Assembly (NCBI RefSeq): GCF_964194155.1
Contig: NC_135882.1
Coordinates: 22,692,001 to 22,756,000 of the forward strand
Reading direction: 5' to 3'
DNA from: Cetorhinus maximus
Lineage: Eukaryota
Length of the DNA stretch: 64,000 nt
The number at the start of each line of letters is the position of its first letter. The first letter of the stretch is position 1. Shown piece after piece: positions 13,401 to 26,542 of this stretch. The position numbers and the translations under genes were made by a program. The notes under the pieces were generated by a model that made no database searches, was not told where the DNA came from, and worked only from the letters and a program-made list of their open reading frames with translations.

Positions 13401-14035
13401 CCCACAGGCATATAGCATGTGAGTTACCAGTGTTGTAGCCCAGGGAGAGAGTATGGGTATGAGACCAACAGAGGTAAGGCACAATAATCAAATGATACCC
13501 ACAACCAAGATCATACAAGATTCTGACAGACCATGGAACTATAAGGAGAAGCCGCAGTGTCTTAATACCCTTGGAAAGGAAGCCAATAGAAACTTGGGCT
13601 TACCACTCAGTTCCTCAAGAGGAAGGGGTAAGACAAAGTTTTACAGCCATACAGGAGAAGAACGCTTGCGACGAAAGAAGGGGAGAGTACAGAATATCCT
13701 CGACCTTGAAGAGATCAGAACAATATCAAGGAGATTGGTTAAGGCACCTCACAGATTAACCCTGTGAAGTCAAAGGCTTTATGGGGAGATGTAGAAGGAT
13801 GTATATAGTTGGGATAATGATGTTGTAATGTAATGATGTTGTAACATCACGTTGTTGAGTAACTGAGATCTGGAGGCAGCAGAATTTCCAACCACGTGCA
13901 GAGGTCCCAATATGTATGTAGTAGCTGTAAACAAAGAGTAATGATTTTAACAAACTACATTCTCGTGTGGCTTACTTTGGGAGAATAGACAAGCCCCAAT
14001 GAACCCCGTCTAGACCCCCAAAACTTGACAAAACA
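10415..14035 (+). mobile_element. Decayed Gypsy LTR retrotransposon with two LTRs; gag/protease largely deleted
   Basis: LTRs 10415-10667 and 13790-14035; PBS-like TGGTGGCA at 10668; PPT GGGGAGA 13783-13789; RT (FTKLDANNGFWQLPL, VICHLDSILIHG), RNase H (ADASSTGLEAVLFQ, ETDHKPL), integrase (RPWEHLGIDLF, VSDNGS) in Gypsy order. Confidence 0.95.
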
Positions 14036-14082
14036 CCACCACCCCCTTCACTGGCTCTGTTCACTTCCAATGTCTTCATACC

Positions 14083-14980
14083 TGTTATGATGTGGCAGGT
14101 GATATGTACCAGGCTGACCAAATCCACAAGGGAAACTTGGCCACACTATCACAACGGTTTTGCAATTTGTATTTATTATGAGAAGATTTGTGCACCGAAT
14201 TCAGATGTAATGAATCTACTAATACCTTTAGAGATTTTAAAAAATAAATTAAAACATGTATTAACAAAAGAAAACAATTCAAACACATACACAAGATTAC
14301 AGTTACCTAATATTATAACAAATCCCAAAATTCAAAATTAGCCCGACTCCCAACTGCACACCCCCTTTAAGGCAGCAGTTCAAGATAGGTTTTAAATTTA
14401 AATAGGCAACCCAGCAAGGTTACCACAGCACCCACTGGACAGTGGACTTCCAAAGCCTTTTTAGCACAACTTTCTTCAGAGTGGCTAAGGCTTCTTCCAA
14501 GTCTGTGTCACATAGTGTACCTTTGAAAATTTTACGTGGCCACCCCCACATAGCCTTCCATCTTCCTTTATATAAGCTTCTCTCTCTTTTATGTGTAATA
14601 TCCCATTGTTGTAACATGTCTTTGGAAATTTACTTTTCCTATAATAAAATCTTTCATGTCACCATTATGGTCAACACTTCTGGGAAAAATAAATATATTG
14701 CTTTGCCTCACTTATCTGGTTAGTTGTAAACATTGCACCATTCCTTTGAAAATCAAACAACCCCTTCACTTATCTAAAAATTCAAATTTCCTTCACACCC
14801 TACCTGTGGAACCCTCATCTTAACTGATCCATCTCGATTTCAAAAGTCTGTTTTACACCTACTCTTTTGATAATTTCAACCTTGCAGTTTATTGTCTCTA
14901 ATTCAATTAAATCAGCCACCCACATAAGCATACATTACAATATCCCACAATAGTATAATGAAAAATATAGTTTTGTGACA
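14083..14980 (-). mobile_element. LTR-like insertion (probable solo LTR), 898 bp
   Basis: TGTTATGA...TTGTGACA imperfect inverted termini; interrupts the Penelope-type repeat; TSD not clean. Confidence 0.65.
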
Positions 14981-15911
14981 AACTCCATTAAAAGGTATTG
15001 CTCTGAAACATTAACGCTGTTTCTCTCCTCATAATTGCTGCCAGAATTGTTGAGTATTTCCAGCATATTTCAGTTTTAACTTCAGATGTTCAACATCTGT
15101 AGCATTCTGTTACTGTACTGTATTACGCAATTGGTTATTCACACTGACCATCACAGCGCTCTCCTCAATACTCATTTGGCTGAAAGGAAAACCAATAGTG
15201 TTATGATTGGCCCAAACTGACTGAGAAGCTTCCAGTTGGACTCAGTGAGATTATTTCCGGCTTCTGCTGGGCAGCTCGCAGCTAACTTGTCAATCCCACA
15301 TGTGGAATTTGCAACCACACAAACTTCTGTTGGAACCAAAATTGACTGTCTGCCTTGGGCTTGCCCATGACAGATTGTAATGACAATGAGCGTCTTTAAA
15401 TTTTGAAGAGCAAGTCATTACTGTTCTAACCTAATGATCTCTCTTACAATGATGGAATGCAATACACCTTAACCATGGTCATTTAAGATATTGCAAGCTA
15501 GGAGATCATTCAGCACTTGGAAGGGTTAAAACACATGAACTCAAAGAAGAAGAGTTACTGCTAAAGAGCCTAATTTAGCACTATGTGTTTAAGCAATGTG
15601 AGTGAAATATAACTAAGCAGACTGGATGAATGTGGCTTTTGACTAAAGAAGGCTCCTACTAATAGGCTAAAAAGCAGGGAGGGGAGGTAGGTCACAACAG
15701 GACCACTGGAATAAATCACAAGTTCAAGCTACTTTTGACTGCACTTTATCATCAATGCAGGGAAATCTTAATTATTGGAAAACTTTCAGTTTCAACTGTG
15801 GAACAAGTGCAACAATTAGCAGCACATCTTGTTGAGAAGGAGGGCGACTGGATGTGTAGAGCTTGAGGAAAGACTTGAGGCCTAGCAGCTATCAGATGCT
15901 ATCACCTAGCA

Positions 15912-16275
15912 GATGATGCACTGTTGCAACTCACCAAGGCTCCTTCGACAGTACCTTCCAAATCCGCAACCTCTACCACCTAAAAGGACAAGGGCAGCAG
16001 ATACATGGGAACACCACCATCTGCAAGTTCCCCTCCAAGCCACATGCCATCCTGACTTGGAACTAATATCGCTGTTCCTTTTACTGTGGCTGAGTCAAAA
16101 TCCTGGAACTCCCTCCCAAATAGCACTGTGGGTGCACCTGTATCACATGGACTGCAGCAGTTCCAGGTGGCAACTCACCACCACCCTCTTGAGGGCAATT
16201 GGGGATGGGCAATAAAAATGCTGGCCTAGCCAATGACGCCCACATCCCGTGAAAGAATTTTTAAAATAAAAAAAT
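15912..16275 (+). mobile_element. 3' end of a CR1/L2-group LINE (family 2)
   Basis: Homologous to 19230-19560; ends GCTGGCCTAGCCAATGACGCCCACATCCCGTGAAAGAA plus A-rich tail. Confidence 0.85.
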
Positions 16276-16974
16276 CTCCAGGGCTCTGAACGTTTGACCA
16301 GCAGATTATCTTTGTTTTTTTCAGATTAGTTTTTTTTTTCATATTCTGCTTCCACCGGACTAATCCAGTGAGGCCCAGTAGCTGGACTTTAATACTGAGT
16401 GAGCGATCATCTGTAAATTGAGAGCTAAGCATGAAGCTTTCAGTGCGTCAATTTTTAGAAAAGTAAATGAAAAGCCCAAAGCACTTAAACAAATCACTCC
16501 TCAAACAGTAGGGAATTATTTAATCCACGACAGGAAGCCACGAGAACAGCATTTATTTAGTCGCTGCAAGTGAAAGTTCAGAGAAATAGCACCATGTGTC
16601 TGTAACTGAGCTTTACATCAGCACTTCAGAGAGTTGTAATAATGGATGTTCGCTTGTTATGTTGGGAGATGAAAACATTTAATTAAATGTTCCACCTAGT
16701 AACACTGTCTCACATCAGGTAAAACATGTATCAGATATATTACACCTAAAACTTGGCTTACGGATCAGTAAAATGAACAGGAGGTGGCAAGCCTCAATGA
16801 CAAATCAAACATGTAACTTAAAGCCTCTGTATTTGAGTGGTTTGGGTTATGTCATTTATACTAAACTTTGCCTCATTTTCTATGTTTTGGATTTTGATGA
16901 ATATGCCTTTATGGAGGGGTAGGGGGAATCCAACACGTCTGCATGGAGGGATTTACTTTCTCTTTCATTGTGAT

Positions 16975-17365
16975 TTTTTTTCTTTTATTCCTTCGTGGGA
17001 CATGGGCATCACTGGCCAGGCCAACATTTGTTGTCCATCCGTAAGTGCCCTTGAGAAGGTGGTGGTGAGAACTGCTGCAGTCTACCTGGTGTAGGTAGAC
17101 CCACAGTGCTGTTAGGAAGGAAGTTCCAGGATTTTGACCCAATGACACTGAGGGAACGGTGGCATAGTCCCAAGTCAGGGTGTCGTGTGACTTGGAGACT
17201 GGTTTTCAAGTTAGTGGTATACCCATGCACCTGTTGCCCTCATTCCTCTAAGTGATAGAGGGTTTGAAAGGTGAAGAAGCTTTGGTGAATTGCAGCAGTG
17301 CATCATGTAGATGGTCATGATGTGCCATTGGTGGAGGGAGTGAATGTTTAAAGCCCCTGTGTGCA
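16975..17365 (-). mobile_element. 3' end of family 2 LINE
   Basis: Reverse-complement homology to 15912-16275. Confidence 0.85.
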
Positions 17366-17746
17366 TTTGCATTTTGTCTATCCAGCCATGTATCCAGAGT
17401 TATAGTGGATGGGCAGTTGCTACCTGTTTGAAACCTCAGTGACAACATTAGGTTCCTTTTTAATTTAAACATTAACCTAACAGTCTAGTTCAGTATCTGC
17501 AGTCAAATGGCAAGCATTCATTCCCAGTGATCAAGACTGAACGTGGGCCACTGTTGTCCAGTGTGTTAGTCGCTAGCCAGCTGCAGCTAATTTAAAAGAA
17601 AAAAAAAATTATTCATGGGATGTGGGCTTCACTGACTGGGCCAGCATTTATTGCCCAATGTTGAATAATGGCATTTCTGATTAGTAAATAGGGAATGAAT
17701 TATGGGCACTCTCATTGGATACGGGTTTCAATACTCATAATCACAT

Positions 17747-18740
17747 TGTGTAATGCATTGAGTTATAATTATAAGATTTTATGAGATGGCAATGTTTTGG
17801 GACTGTGTTTTAATCTAGGGAAAAATGGAAGAATGAAGAGAGTCAAGAGACCTATTCTGAATTCTGCTGACTGTAAACCTGAGTGGCTTGATGCAGATTA
17901 AAGAGGGACCCAGGTTGTTTCACTGGGAAGAAGGTACAAGATGTTCAAACTTGTGGACAATGGCAGAAACGTCTGTGTTAACAGTGGATAGTCTGTTAGT
18001 CCCCATTGCTTTAGAAAGATGTTGAGAATGTCATTATAAATTATTATGCTTTATACTGTTCATTCAATTCAAGCTAGTTGGTGTCTGAAGGATAGCTAAT
18101 TAGCATTTCTAATCATTTCTGAACATAAGGCCTGTGTGATTTACATTGCCATGGAGTTGGGCTCTGATAGGGGAAAGGTTTCTAAAATATCTCTGAAAAT
18201 TCACAGATGCAGTTGATCTGCTAGGATCTAAGAAAGAAAGAGAGAGCAGGTAGAGGTCAAAAGCCTCTATGATTCACTGTGGGTGAATCGCGCTTGGATT
18301 GAAAAGCCCAAATTTGTGAGGGTTTGGAATGAGATGGGAAAATTTGCCTTCCCTAAGCTAGTGGGAGAATTTCCAGGGAGAACCTTCACTGTGAAGGACA
18401 GTTCTGGGGTGAAAGGTTACCAGGCTGGGAAAGGAAAAGAAAGGAAGTAAATTCTCGGGAGCTAAGAATCACGTTGGACTGGTTCCGGGAAAATTGAAGG
18501 TCTACTTGAAGGACAGTGTAAAATATACCTGTGAAGTGGGTTTTTTTGGTTGTGTTAATAGTAAAATTGGGAGTTTTGTTATGTACTTTAAAGTACAAGC
18601 TGCCTACAAAAGTAGTGTTTAGCCAATGGTGCTTTTAGTTTGTTACAGTAAGTCTTAAAACATGAAATGTTGTTGTGTCATCCTTTTTGATTGATAACTG
18701 GAAGTTTGGATTTCTTTGCTTAAAGATAATAGTCTCTACT
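17747..18740 (+). mobile_element. LTR-like repeat, 3' end lost
   Basis: 18635-18740 (TTAGTTTGTTACAGTAAGTCTTAAAACATGAAAT) is homologous to 27483-27585. Confidence 0.55.
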
Positions 18741-19231
18741 TGTTACTTTAACTGTTTTATAAATTTATTGGTAAGATGGAAAAACAGCAGAGTTTATGAA
18801 GTGTTTTTGGTCATAGTGAAAACATTACATCTCTGGCTACTGAATGGTGGTAGATGTTAAAATATACAAATGCAAAGTGCATTTACTTTTTGTGTAAAAG
18901 TTTTCTACTAAAATTAGGGCAAGTGACTCCAGCAATGTTGCTACAGCTGCACCCATTATAAGTCACCAGTTTCTATTGGACAACACTGCTCTGGATATCA
19001 TATTGCAAAATGATAAGTTTTTGCAAAGTGGAACAAAATGTGAATTTAGTAAAGGTTTTGCTGTATGCCTAACTTTTCTGAGACTGAAATTGCCCAAGTA
19101 TTATATTTTGTTAGAAACAATTGAGATTATCTTGTATCACAGGAGTCCAGTTGGATGCAGTTGCTGGTCTATGGGCTTCCTTGCACGAATTTCATCTCTG
19201 GGATCTGCCTGGGTGATACATGATGCCCACC

Positions 19232-20050
19232 ATTTTTTAATTCTTTCATGGGATGTAGATGTTTCTGGCATGGCCAACATTTATTGTCCATTCCTAGTTG
19301 CCCTTGAGAAGGAGGTCTTCTTGAACCACTGCAGCCCACCTGGTGCAAGTACACCTACAGAGCTGTTAGGAAGAGAGTTCCAGGATTTGATTCAGTGATA
19401 TTTTCAAGTCAGAATGGTGAGTGGTTTGGAACAAAACTTGCAGGTGGTGGTGTTTCCATGTGTCTGCTGCCCTAGTCCTTCTAGGTGGTAGAAGTTGCGG
19501 ATTTGGAAGGTGCTGTTGAGCCTTGGTAAGTCGCTGCAGTGCATCTTGTAAATGGTACATACTGCTGCCATTGTGCATGGTGGAGGGAGTGGATGTTTAA
19601 GGAGGTGGATGGGTTGCCAATCAAGTGGACTGTTTTGTTCTGGATGGTGTCGAGCTTCTTGAGTATTGTCGGAGCTGCACTCATCCAGACAGTTGGAGAG
19701 TATTCTATCACGCTTCTGACTTGAACATTGAAGATGGTAGACTGGCTTTTGGGAGTCAGGAGGTGAGTTAGTTGCTGCAGAATTCCTAGCCCCTGACCTG
19801 CTCTTGTGGTCATGGTATTTACATGGCTGGTCCAGTTCAGTTTCTGAGCAATGGTAACCCCTGGGGTGTTGATAGTGGGTGATTCAGTGATGGTAATGCC
19901 ATTGAATGTCAAGAGGACATGGTTAGATTCTTTCTTGTTGGTGATGGTCATTGCCTGGCACTCATGCGGTGCCAATGTTACTTGCCACTTATTAGCCCAA
20001 GCTTGAATGTTGACCAGGTTTTGCTGCACATGGACATGGACTGTTTCAGT
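19232..20050 (-). mobile_element. Family 2 LINE fragment with RT C-terminus
   Basis: ORF 19481-20029 QQNLVNIQAWANKWQVT..KLNWTSHVN..VRSVIEYSPTVW..KLDTIQNK; shared 3' tail. Confidence 0.92.
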
Positions 20051-20514
20051 GAACAGTGTTCATGGCAAAAGTATGTTAGATAAGTGAAGTGAAGGGAGAT
20101 AAAAGGGGAGGGGAGCAGGCTACATGTCGGTTTGGATTAATGCTGGTCTGGAGGATAAACATAAGCACAGACTGGATGGGCTATTTCTGTACTGTAATTT
20201 CCATGTGATTCTGTGAAAGCAGACAATCCCCCCTTCACCTCATGCACTCCACAATATAAATTCTATTTGCTAAAGTTAACAATTTTGTGGCTCTAAATTT
20301 ACCAATGGGCTAAGATAGCCAGGATCAGTAAGGAAATGGAGGGATTCTATTCCCACACAATTGTGTCTCTACGCTGCATAGTAGATTCCAATTTAGCTGG
20401 CACCTGTGTTAATGTAAAGGGCTGGGAGAGTGATACACAGCGATTTGGGTGGTAATGGAGAAAGGTGTCTGAATTTTGTAAATAGATTAGCACATCGACT
20501 GCAGCAGTTAAAGA

Positions 20515-20617
20515 AGGCGACCCACCACCACCACCTCAAGGACAACTAGGGATGGGCAACAAATGCTGGCCTAGCCAGCAATGCACATGTTTTGTGAAAG
20601 AATGAATAAAAAGAAAA
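20515..20617 (+). mobile_element. LINE/SINE 3' tail fragment
   Basis: GGACAACTAGGGATGGGCAACAAATGCTGGCCTAGCCAG, same tail as 16190-16260. Confidence 0.8.
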
Positions 20618-22034
20618 TGAGCAACCCGTTCTAAATACTATTTGCAGAGGCTGCAGGCTTCACACAGCAGCTTTGATTTTGTACGGAAGAATACGCTGGG
20701 CATTTCTCCTAGCATTATCCACCTCACTGGATCAGAGTTGGCACCATTAAAGGTCTCTCCCTCTGGAATACTGTAGAATATAATGGAACTCTTATTCATA
20801 TGAGTATAAAATTAGAAGGACTTAAATTTTATCATATCAAAAACATTCAGAGCAAATCAACTGTAAACTGACTGAAACCCATTATGGTGTGACATTTGAA
20901 AAGGTCGCCGTTAACGGTTACTAATGCTGCACAATGGCTGGGGCAATCTGAAAGCCTTTCGTATTACTTAGCGGGTCACTACTCAGGCATAACAGTTGGA
21001 AATAATCTTGATATCATTCTTTAGGGAGCACAGATTGGCTTACACTTCTTTCTGATGAGTTAAAAAGATTGTGCAGTAAGGTCAGGAAGCTTGCCAGGCC
21101 CTTGTGGCAGCCTGGGGAGGTTGGCCTGCACTGCACTGCTGTTGACATCAAGACAATTCATGGCAGACGCCAAATGTGTCAGTGGCTTTGACTATAGTGA
21201 GATCCATTGCAATGGCTGAAACCTCATGCACAGAGACATAAATCTACTTGATGGCCAAGAAGTTGGGTCGCTCTGCACCTTTTTACAACTCGGGGTTTTT
21301 CGTGTAAAAATTGGTGGCCGAGTAGCTGCTTCGGGCCCCTTTGTGAAACAGCCTCTCCTGATAACCCGGGCTGAGCTGGCCGGTGCCTCTGGACTAGTGC
21401 CCGCAGATTGATGCTAATAAATCAATGCAGCCAGTGGACCAATTTTCCAATTTTTTTTCCCCCCACCACCAGCTTTAATAGGCATGTGTAGGCCCCAGTT
21501 TGGATGTGATCCCATTTTAGGTCGTCATGTTTGAAAGTTATTTCTTGAAACTGCTGTTGAGTGTTAGCCTTGGGTATAGAGCATTGAACATTACAGAAAC
21601 TAAACCTGCAGATGATAAAGGCACGAATGAGGGCTGGAAGAAGTGCAGAAACTACCTGGTTTACTTTGAAACAGCAGATAATGTTATCCTGATGTAATGT
21701 TATACAATGTTATCCTGATTGGGTAAATGCTTGGCACGGTGTAATATTGAACTTTTCAGACCTGTTAGGACTTGCATTTCATCCCTGGTCTGTGTTGCGT
21801 TTGCTGATCTCAGATAGAGCACTGATGGAATGGGTCAGTTGACCTCAATAAACCCTCAATAAGAGAATTGAAAATTAGATGCAGTTGCTGATGTCCATCT
21901 CTTTTATACATTCCTCCAGGAGTCACTGAAATGTTCATTGAAGGCTGATTTGCCTTCCCACATGATAGGCCACTGTGGCTTTTTATAACACAGTGAGACT
22001 TGCTACCCAGGTTTATACTGAGCAGATAAGTAGT

Positions 22035-22170
22035 GATATTGGTTGGGGAATACATATTGGCCAGGACTCCAGGGAAAACTCCCATGCTATTTTTCAAGAC
22101 AGTGCCAGGGGATTTTTATGCCCGCCTGAGAGGGCAAATGGGTCATGATTTAACATTGTATCAAAGAATG
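22035..22170 (+). mobile_element. Deu-domain SINE fragment
   Basis: ATATTGGCCAGGACTCCAGGGAAAACTCCC..AGTGCCAGGGGATTTTTA..CCTGAGAGGGCA. Confidence 0.7.
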
Positions 22171-22399
22171 TCAATATTGTTCTGAGGTTTCAACCTAAAA
22201 TTTGTATTGATTGATCACATAAGTACAAGACAGGCCTTCATTGCATGTACTGTTGATGATTTCAAGCTTGCAGCCTACTTGACCCCAAATGTAATTAAAT
22301 CACACAGACAGGCCCAATTATACTTACCCCATAAACCGACTTCACAATAAACCAGAAAAATATCATGAAAATGATTAAACTTTCGTCACAGTATTGTAC

Positions 22400-22880
22400 C
22401 AGCATCCAGGGGTGGGGAAGACACGCTATGTGGGCAAGCTGTCAGTTATACCCTGGCAGGCATGCCTGCGGTATGGTGGGGGTGTTTCTCCTGCTTGGGC
22501 ACCCTGTGCCCAACGGAGGGACCTGCCGGTAGCAAGGAAGGGCCCTTCCATTTGAAGACCTCCTCCTACCCTGTACACCAACCCCCACCCTCTCCCACCC
22601 TCACCGCGACCTCCCTGACTACTCCTGGCAAGCCCACCCCACTTACCTGTGTTCTGAGGCTCCAGCAATGCTCCTGCTCAGACGGCAGTACCGGCAATGG
22701 TCACCATTCCCAGTGGTGCTGCTGGTACCCATGAGCTGCCAACCTCTGATTGGTTAGAGACTCTGAGAGACATGACATCCACCCTCTGTGACCTGGGAGC
22801 TCTGAAGGCAGGCAGCAGACAGGCCCACCACCATTCTGCCCGTTGTTCCAGAGGTAGAGCACACTATCACACGTTGCCTT
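22400..22880. mobile_element. GC-rich MITE internal fragment (Harbinger-type family)
   Basis: CCCAGTGGTGCTGCTGGTAC..GAGCTGCCAACCTCTGATTGG resembles 62680-62745 inside a TIR-bounded MITE. Confidence 0.6.
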
Positions 22881-24204
22881 TGGACAAGCTGAGTTTTCTC
22901 ACACAGGAGTCCCCTGCGTCAAACAGGTTTCCATTTTTTAGCCTTTGTTGTACCTGGCAGGAAGGTGGTTGGTGAAGATGGTTGTCATTATTCCTTGAAG
23001 TCTTTCACACCCTCCCTGCCTTCTTGTCTCTTGTGAGATGCAGTGCGGCACAGATTAGAAAGCCAAAAACCCATTAGCACACTTACTTATCCCAAAATTC
23101 TAATCAGGTGTTGGACAAAGTTCAGTGGGAAAAGCCAAGCTCCACTGAAAAACCCGTTCTTTGGGAGCAGCTGGGCAGGCGGAGGGGTTGCAGGTACATG
23201 GTTTGCAAATCTTCACATTTCTCATCTTGCTAGTTCAGCCTTTCCCAAGTCATCGATCCAGATTAGAATGGTCCAATTATCCTAGTTGCTGTATGAGCAG
23301 GTAGCGCTGATATATTCTTACAGGGATGAGTCAGCCATCCCAAGCTTTCAAATAACCCTGTCAATGTAATATGGATAGGGCCTTGGCTTCCAGCCATTGA
23401 AGGATGTAAGCTTTATATTCTGTTACACTTCCAGCAATCAAAGTCTGATTTTGGACCCACTGGTCTCCAACTCAAGTCAAAAACCATGGGTACCATCGAA
23501 GAATTGAATACACCAAATGGAGGACGCCACCATTCAACACTACGGGCCAATAAGCCCTTAATTATCAATAAGATAACGGTAGAACACAACTGCTAATGAA
23601 ACCCATTTTTCTACAGGAGAGGAAAATCATAATGACTTCAAAACTGCCACTAGCACTTTTTCTACCAGATTTTGGAGTTTTTAAACTGCAAAAAATCACG
23701 TATGCTAAAATTCACAGGCACAAACAATAAAAAAAAACCCAAAAGAAAAACATGGCAGGCTGATCAGTGCACTCCTTACATGAGAAAAAAATAATTTACA
23801 TTTCTGTTTGAACGGTACTTCATTTATCTTCCTATATACGTATATCTAAGGGGGCACTTCCATTACATCAATAATCAAGGTTTAACTGTAGGGGGAAAAA
23901 AAAACATGAAAACACATCAATTCAAGATCCAGCGAAGTGTGTCCTGAGACCAATAAATGCAAATGTTGCTAGAGGAGATCAAAACAGAAATATGATAAAT
24001 CGTGTGTTCAATAATGTAATTTCGATCTTAATTTGCACAAAGGTACCAGAACTGAAACAGTTGCTGAAGACAGCAAATTGGTTGAAAGTAGCTCAAATTA
24101 AACATTATCATTCTCACTACTGACTTTATTAGATTTTACAAATTTGTGGTCCCAGTTAAAACTTTGCTCATTGCAACCGCAAAGTGCCGATATGGTAGGT
24201 GGTA

Positions 24205-24610
24205 GTTATGTAGGTAGAAAGCTGGACTAATAATCCATAGAATGAGAGTTCAATTCCCACCGAGGTACTTTGAGAATTCATAGTAATGTATTTTTAAAAA
24301 GCTTGTTATCAGTAAAAGTGCCTCTGAAGCTGACAGATTGCCATAATTAAATAATTAGCTCATTATTGTTCTTTGGGGAGGACGTATGCCGCCCTTACCC
24401 AGCCTAGCCTGCATATGACTCTCCAGTTCCACAGCAATGTGGTTGGCTCCTAATGCCCTCTGAAGTGACCCATCGAGCCATTCAATTGCATCAAACCACT
24501 TCAAGAGGGTGACGAAGAGGGTGACGAAGCATCACCTTCTCTGGGCAAGTAGGCATGTGGAATAAATAGCCTTGTCAGCAACGCCCATGTCTCAAAAATG
24601 AATTTTAAAA
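24205..24610 (+). mobile_element. tRNA-derived SINE with family 2 LINE tail (diverged)
   Basis: GGACTAATAATCCA..GAGTTCAATTCCC B-box; homologous to 37658-38028. Confidence 0.75.
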
Positions 24611-24844
24611 ATCATAATATGGACATCAGCAGGCCTTGTGGGGCTTTCAATCCATTAACTGAGCATGTAGTCCTGCAGGATCTGTCCAAATTCAAAATGT
24701 GATCCTGATGCATGAAGCTGTGTGTGGGGAGCACAAATTTACACTTACTGCTGAGGACCTTTGTGAAAGGCTTATGCTAAGTTCCAGTAGAAATCAACCA
24801 TATATGCTAATAATTAAAAATACATCCAATTTGGTCACTCAAGA

Positions 24845-25348
24845 TTTTTTTAAAAATAAATTCACTCACCAGATGTGGGCGCCACTGGCAAGGTTATTGG
24901 AGCTGCATTCATCCAGGCAAGTGGAGAGCATTCTCGCACACCTCTGACTTGTCCCTAATTGATGATGGAAAGGCTTTGGGGGGGTTAAGCCGCAGAATTC
25001 CCAGCCTCTGACTAGATTAGACATGTCCGGTTTTGATTTTGGATGGACATACCAGGGAAATTTTCCATTTTGTTGGGTAAATGTCAGTGTTCTAGCTGTA
25101 CTGGAACAATTTGATGTTCTTGGCATGACTAGTTCTGAGTACAAGCCTTCCGCACTGGAGCCAGATATTGTGAGGGCCCTTACTCTTTACTGCACCCAGT
25201 ACCTTCAGCCATTTCTTGATACCACATGGCATGAATCAAGTTGGCTGAAGGCTGGCATCTGTGATGGTGAGGGCCTCGGGAAAAGGCCAAGATGGATCAT
25301 CCACTCATCGCTTCTGGCTGAAGATGGTTGCAAAACCTTCAGCCTTTG
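24845..25348 (-). mobile_element. Internally deleted family 2 LINE
   Basis: Tail plus GGAGCTGCATTCATCCAGGCAAGTGGAGAG and GCAGAATTCCCAGC matching 19670-19795. Confidence 0.75.
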
Positions 25349-25379
25349 ATGTCAAGAAATCCCAAAGCCTGGGAGAGAG

Positions 25380-26080
25380 GCAATCCTTTGTCCTAGACTA
25401 CAGGAGGAATGGAGGGCTGTATCTCATCTAATAAAGAGTGGGGTGGGGGTGGTGGGGGGTGCCGGGCAGGGAGGAGCTCCATGCTACTGATTAGGAGAAA
25501 TGGAAGGGACTGTCACTCTGGTATGGAGGAAGAATGGTGGGAGCAAAGGAAGAATAGAGAAGCTATAAGAGTGTAACCTTAGTGTGGTGGAAGAGTGGAA
25601 GAATGAAAGTTGGCCTTTAGCTTAATGAGGAGGAAAAGGAAGGGGGTGTTACTATAGCGAGGAGCAAAAATGAAGGGCAGCATTCAGTATAACATGGAGG
25701 AAAACAAAAACAAGAGAACTGCACAATATTGCTGCAGAAGACTGGAAAAGGTTAGCCTGGAGGAAGAAATGACAGAGCATCACTGAGCTATAGAGGAAGA
25801 ATAGAGGAGGTGTCACTGATGTAGATCAAGAACAGACTAAAGAAGAATATCAGAATGAGGAGGAAAACGATCACTTTGATGTGGACAAAGAATAAAGGGG
25901 GTGTCACTTTGGTGTAGAAGTGAAATAAATGGGCCAAAAGCTTTGATGGGGCATCAGTATTGTGTAGAGGAAGAAGAGAGGACATTCCTCCAGTGATTGA
26001 CGAATGGAGTTGGGGCCCTTCTCTCCCGTCTAAAAAGCAAATGGAAACCGAGCATGCAGGAAGAGAGGGCTGTGCCTTTA
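25380..26080. repeat. Highly degenerate purine-rich tandem array (~30-35 bp unit)
   Basis: Recurring GGAGGAAGAATRGAGGGGGTGTCACT-like motif; continues at ~26410-26540 and ~27765-27845. Confidence 0.55.
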
Positions 26081-26542
26081 CTGCATTTTGGAGGGGGCTG
26101 GGTTGGGCTTGGGGTGGGGGTCAGGGAAATAGCTGTGTGCAAGTTTAGAAATAAAAAAACTGTGCAAGATTAATTACTCCCAGAGTATGAAGTTGACTCA
26201 AGGTTAATTGCTACCTTTTAAAAGGGCCCTGCATCAATATCTGTTGAAAACTGAGATTAAGATTTAACAAGGCTGTTTAATTTTATTGTTGTGGGAGATC
26301 CCAGATGGAATTTAATATTCCTTAAAATAGGAGTTTAATACGTGAGAGAGAGAGAGAGAGATGTCTGTGGCAAATATTCATGTCCAGACTCTGGATGCAC
26401 TAGATTTCCTTATGTGGAATAGTCCTCAACTCTAATGTAGCAGAATGCAATGAAGATCTTCATTCTAGTGCAGAGGATGGATGAATAGAAGAAGAGGTCT
26501 TCACTGTCATATAGAGGAAGAATTATTATAAGGGCCTTCATG

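Larger units (their letters stand above)
10050..15120 (+). mobile_element. Penelope-type repeat split by a Gypsy element and a solo LTR (pieces ~10050-10414, 14036-14082, 14981-15120)
   Basis: Last piece CTGAAACATTAACGCTGTTTCTCTC..GAGTATTTCCAGCAT matches the terminal repeat at 43867 and 56650; pyrimidine-rich upstream pieces join across both inserts. Family name is from recall. Confidence 0.55.
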
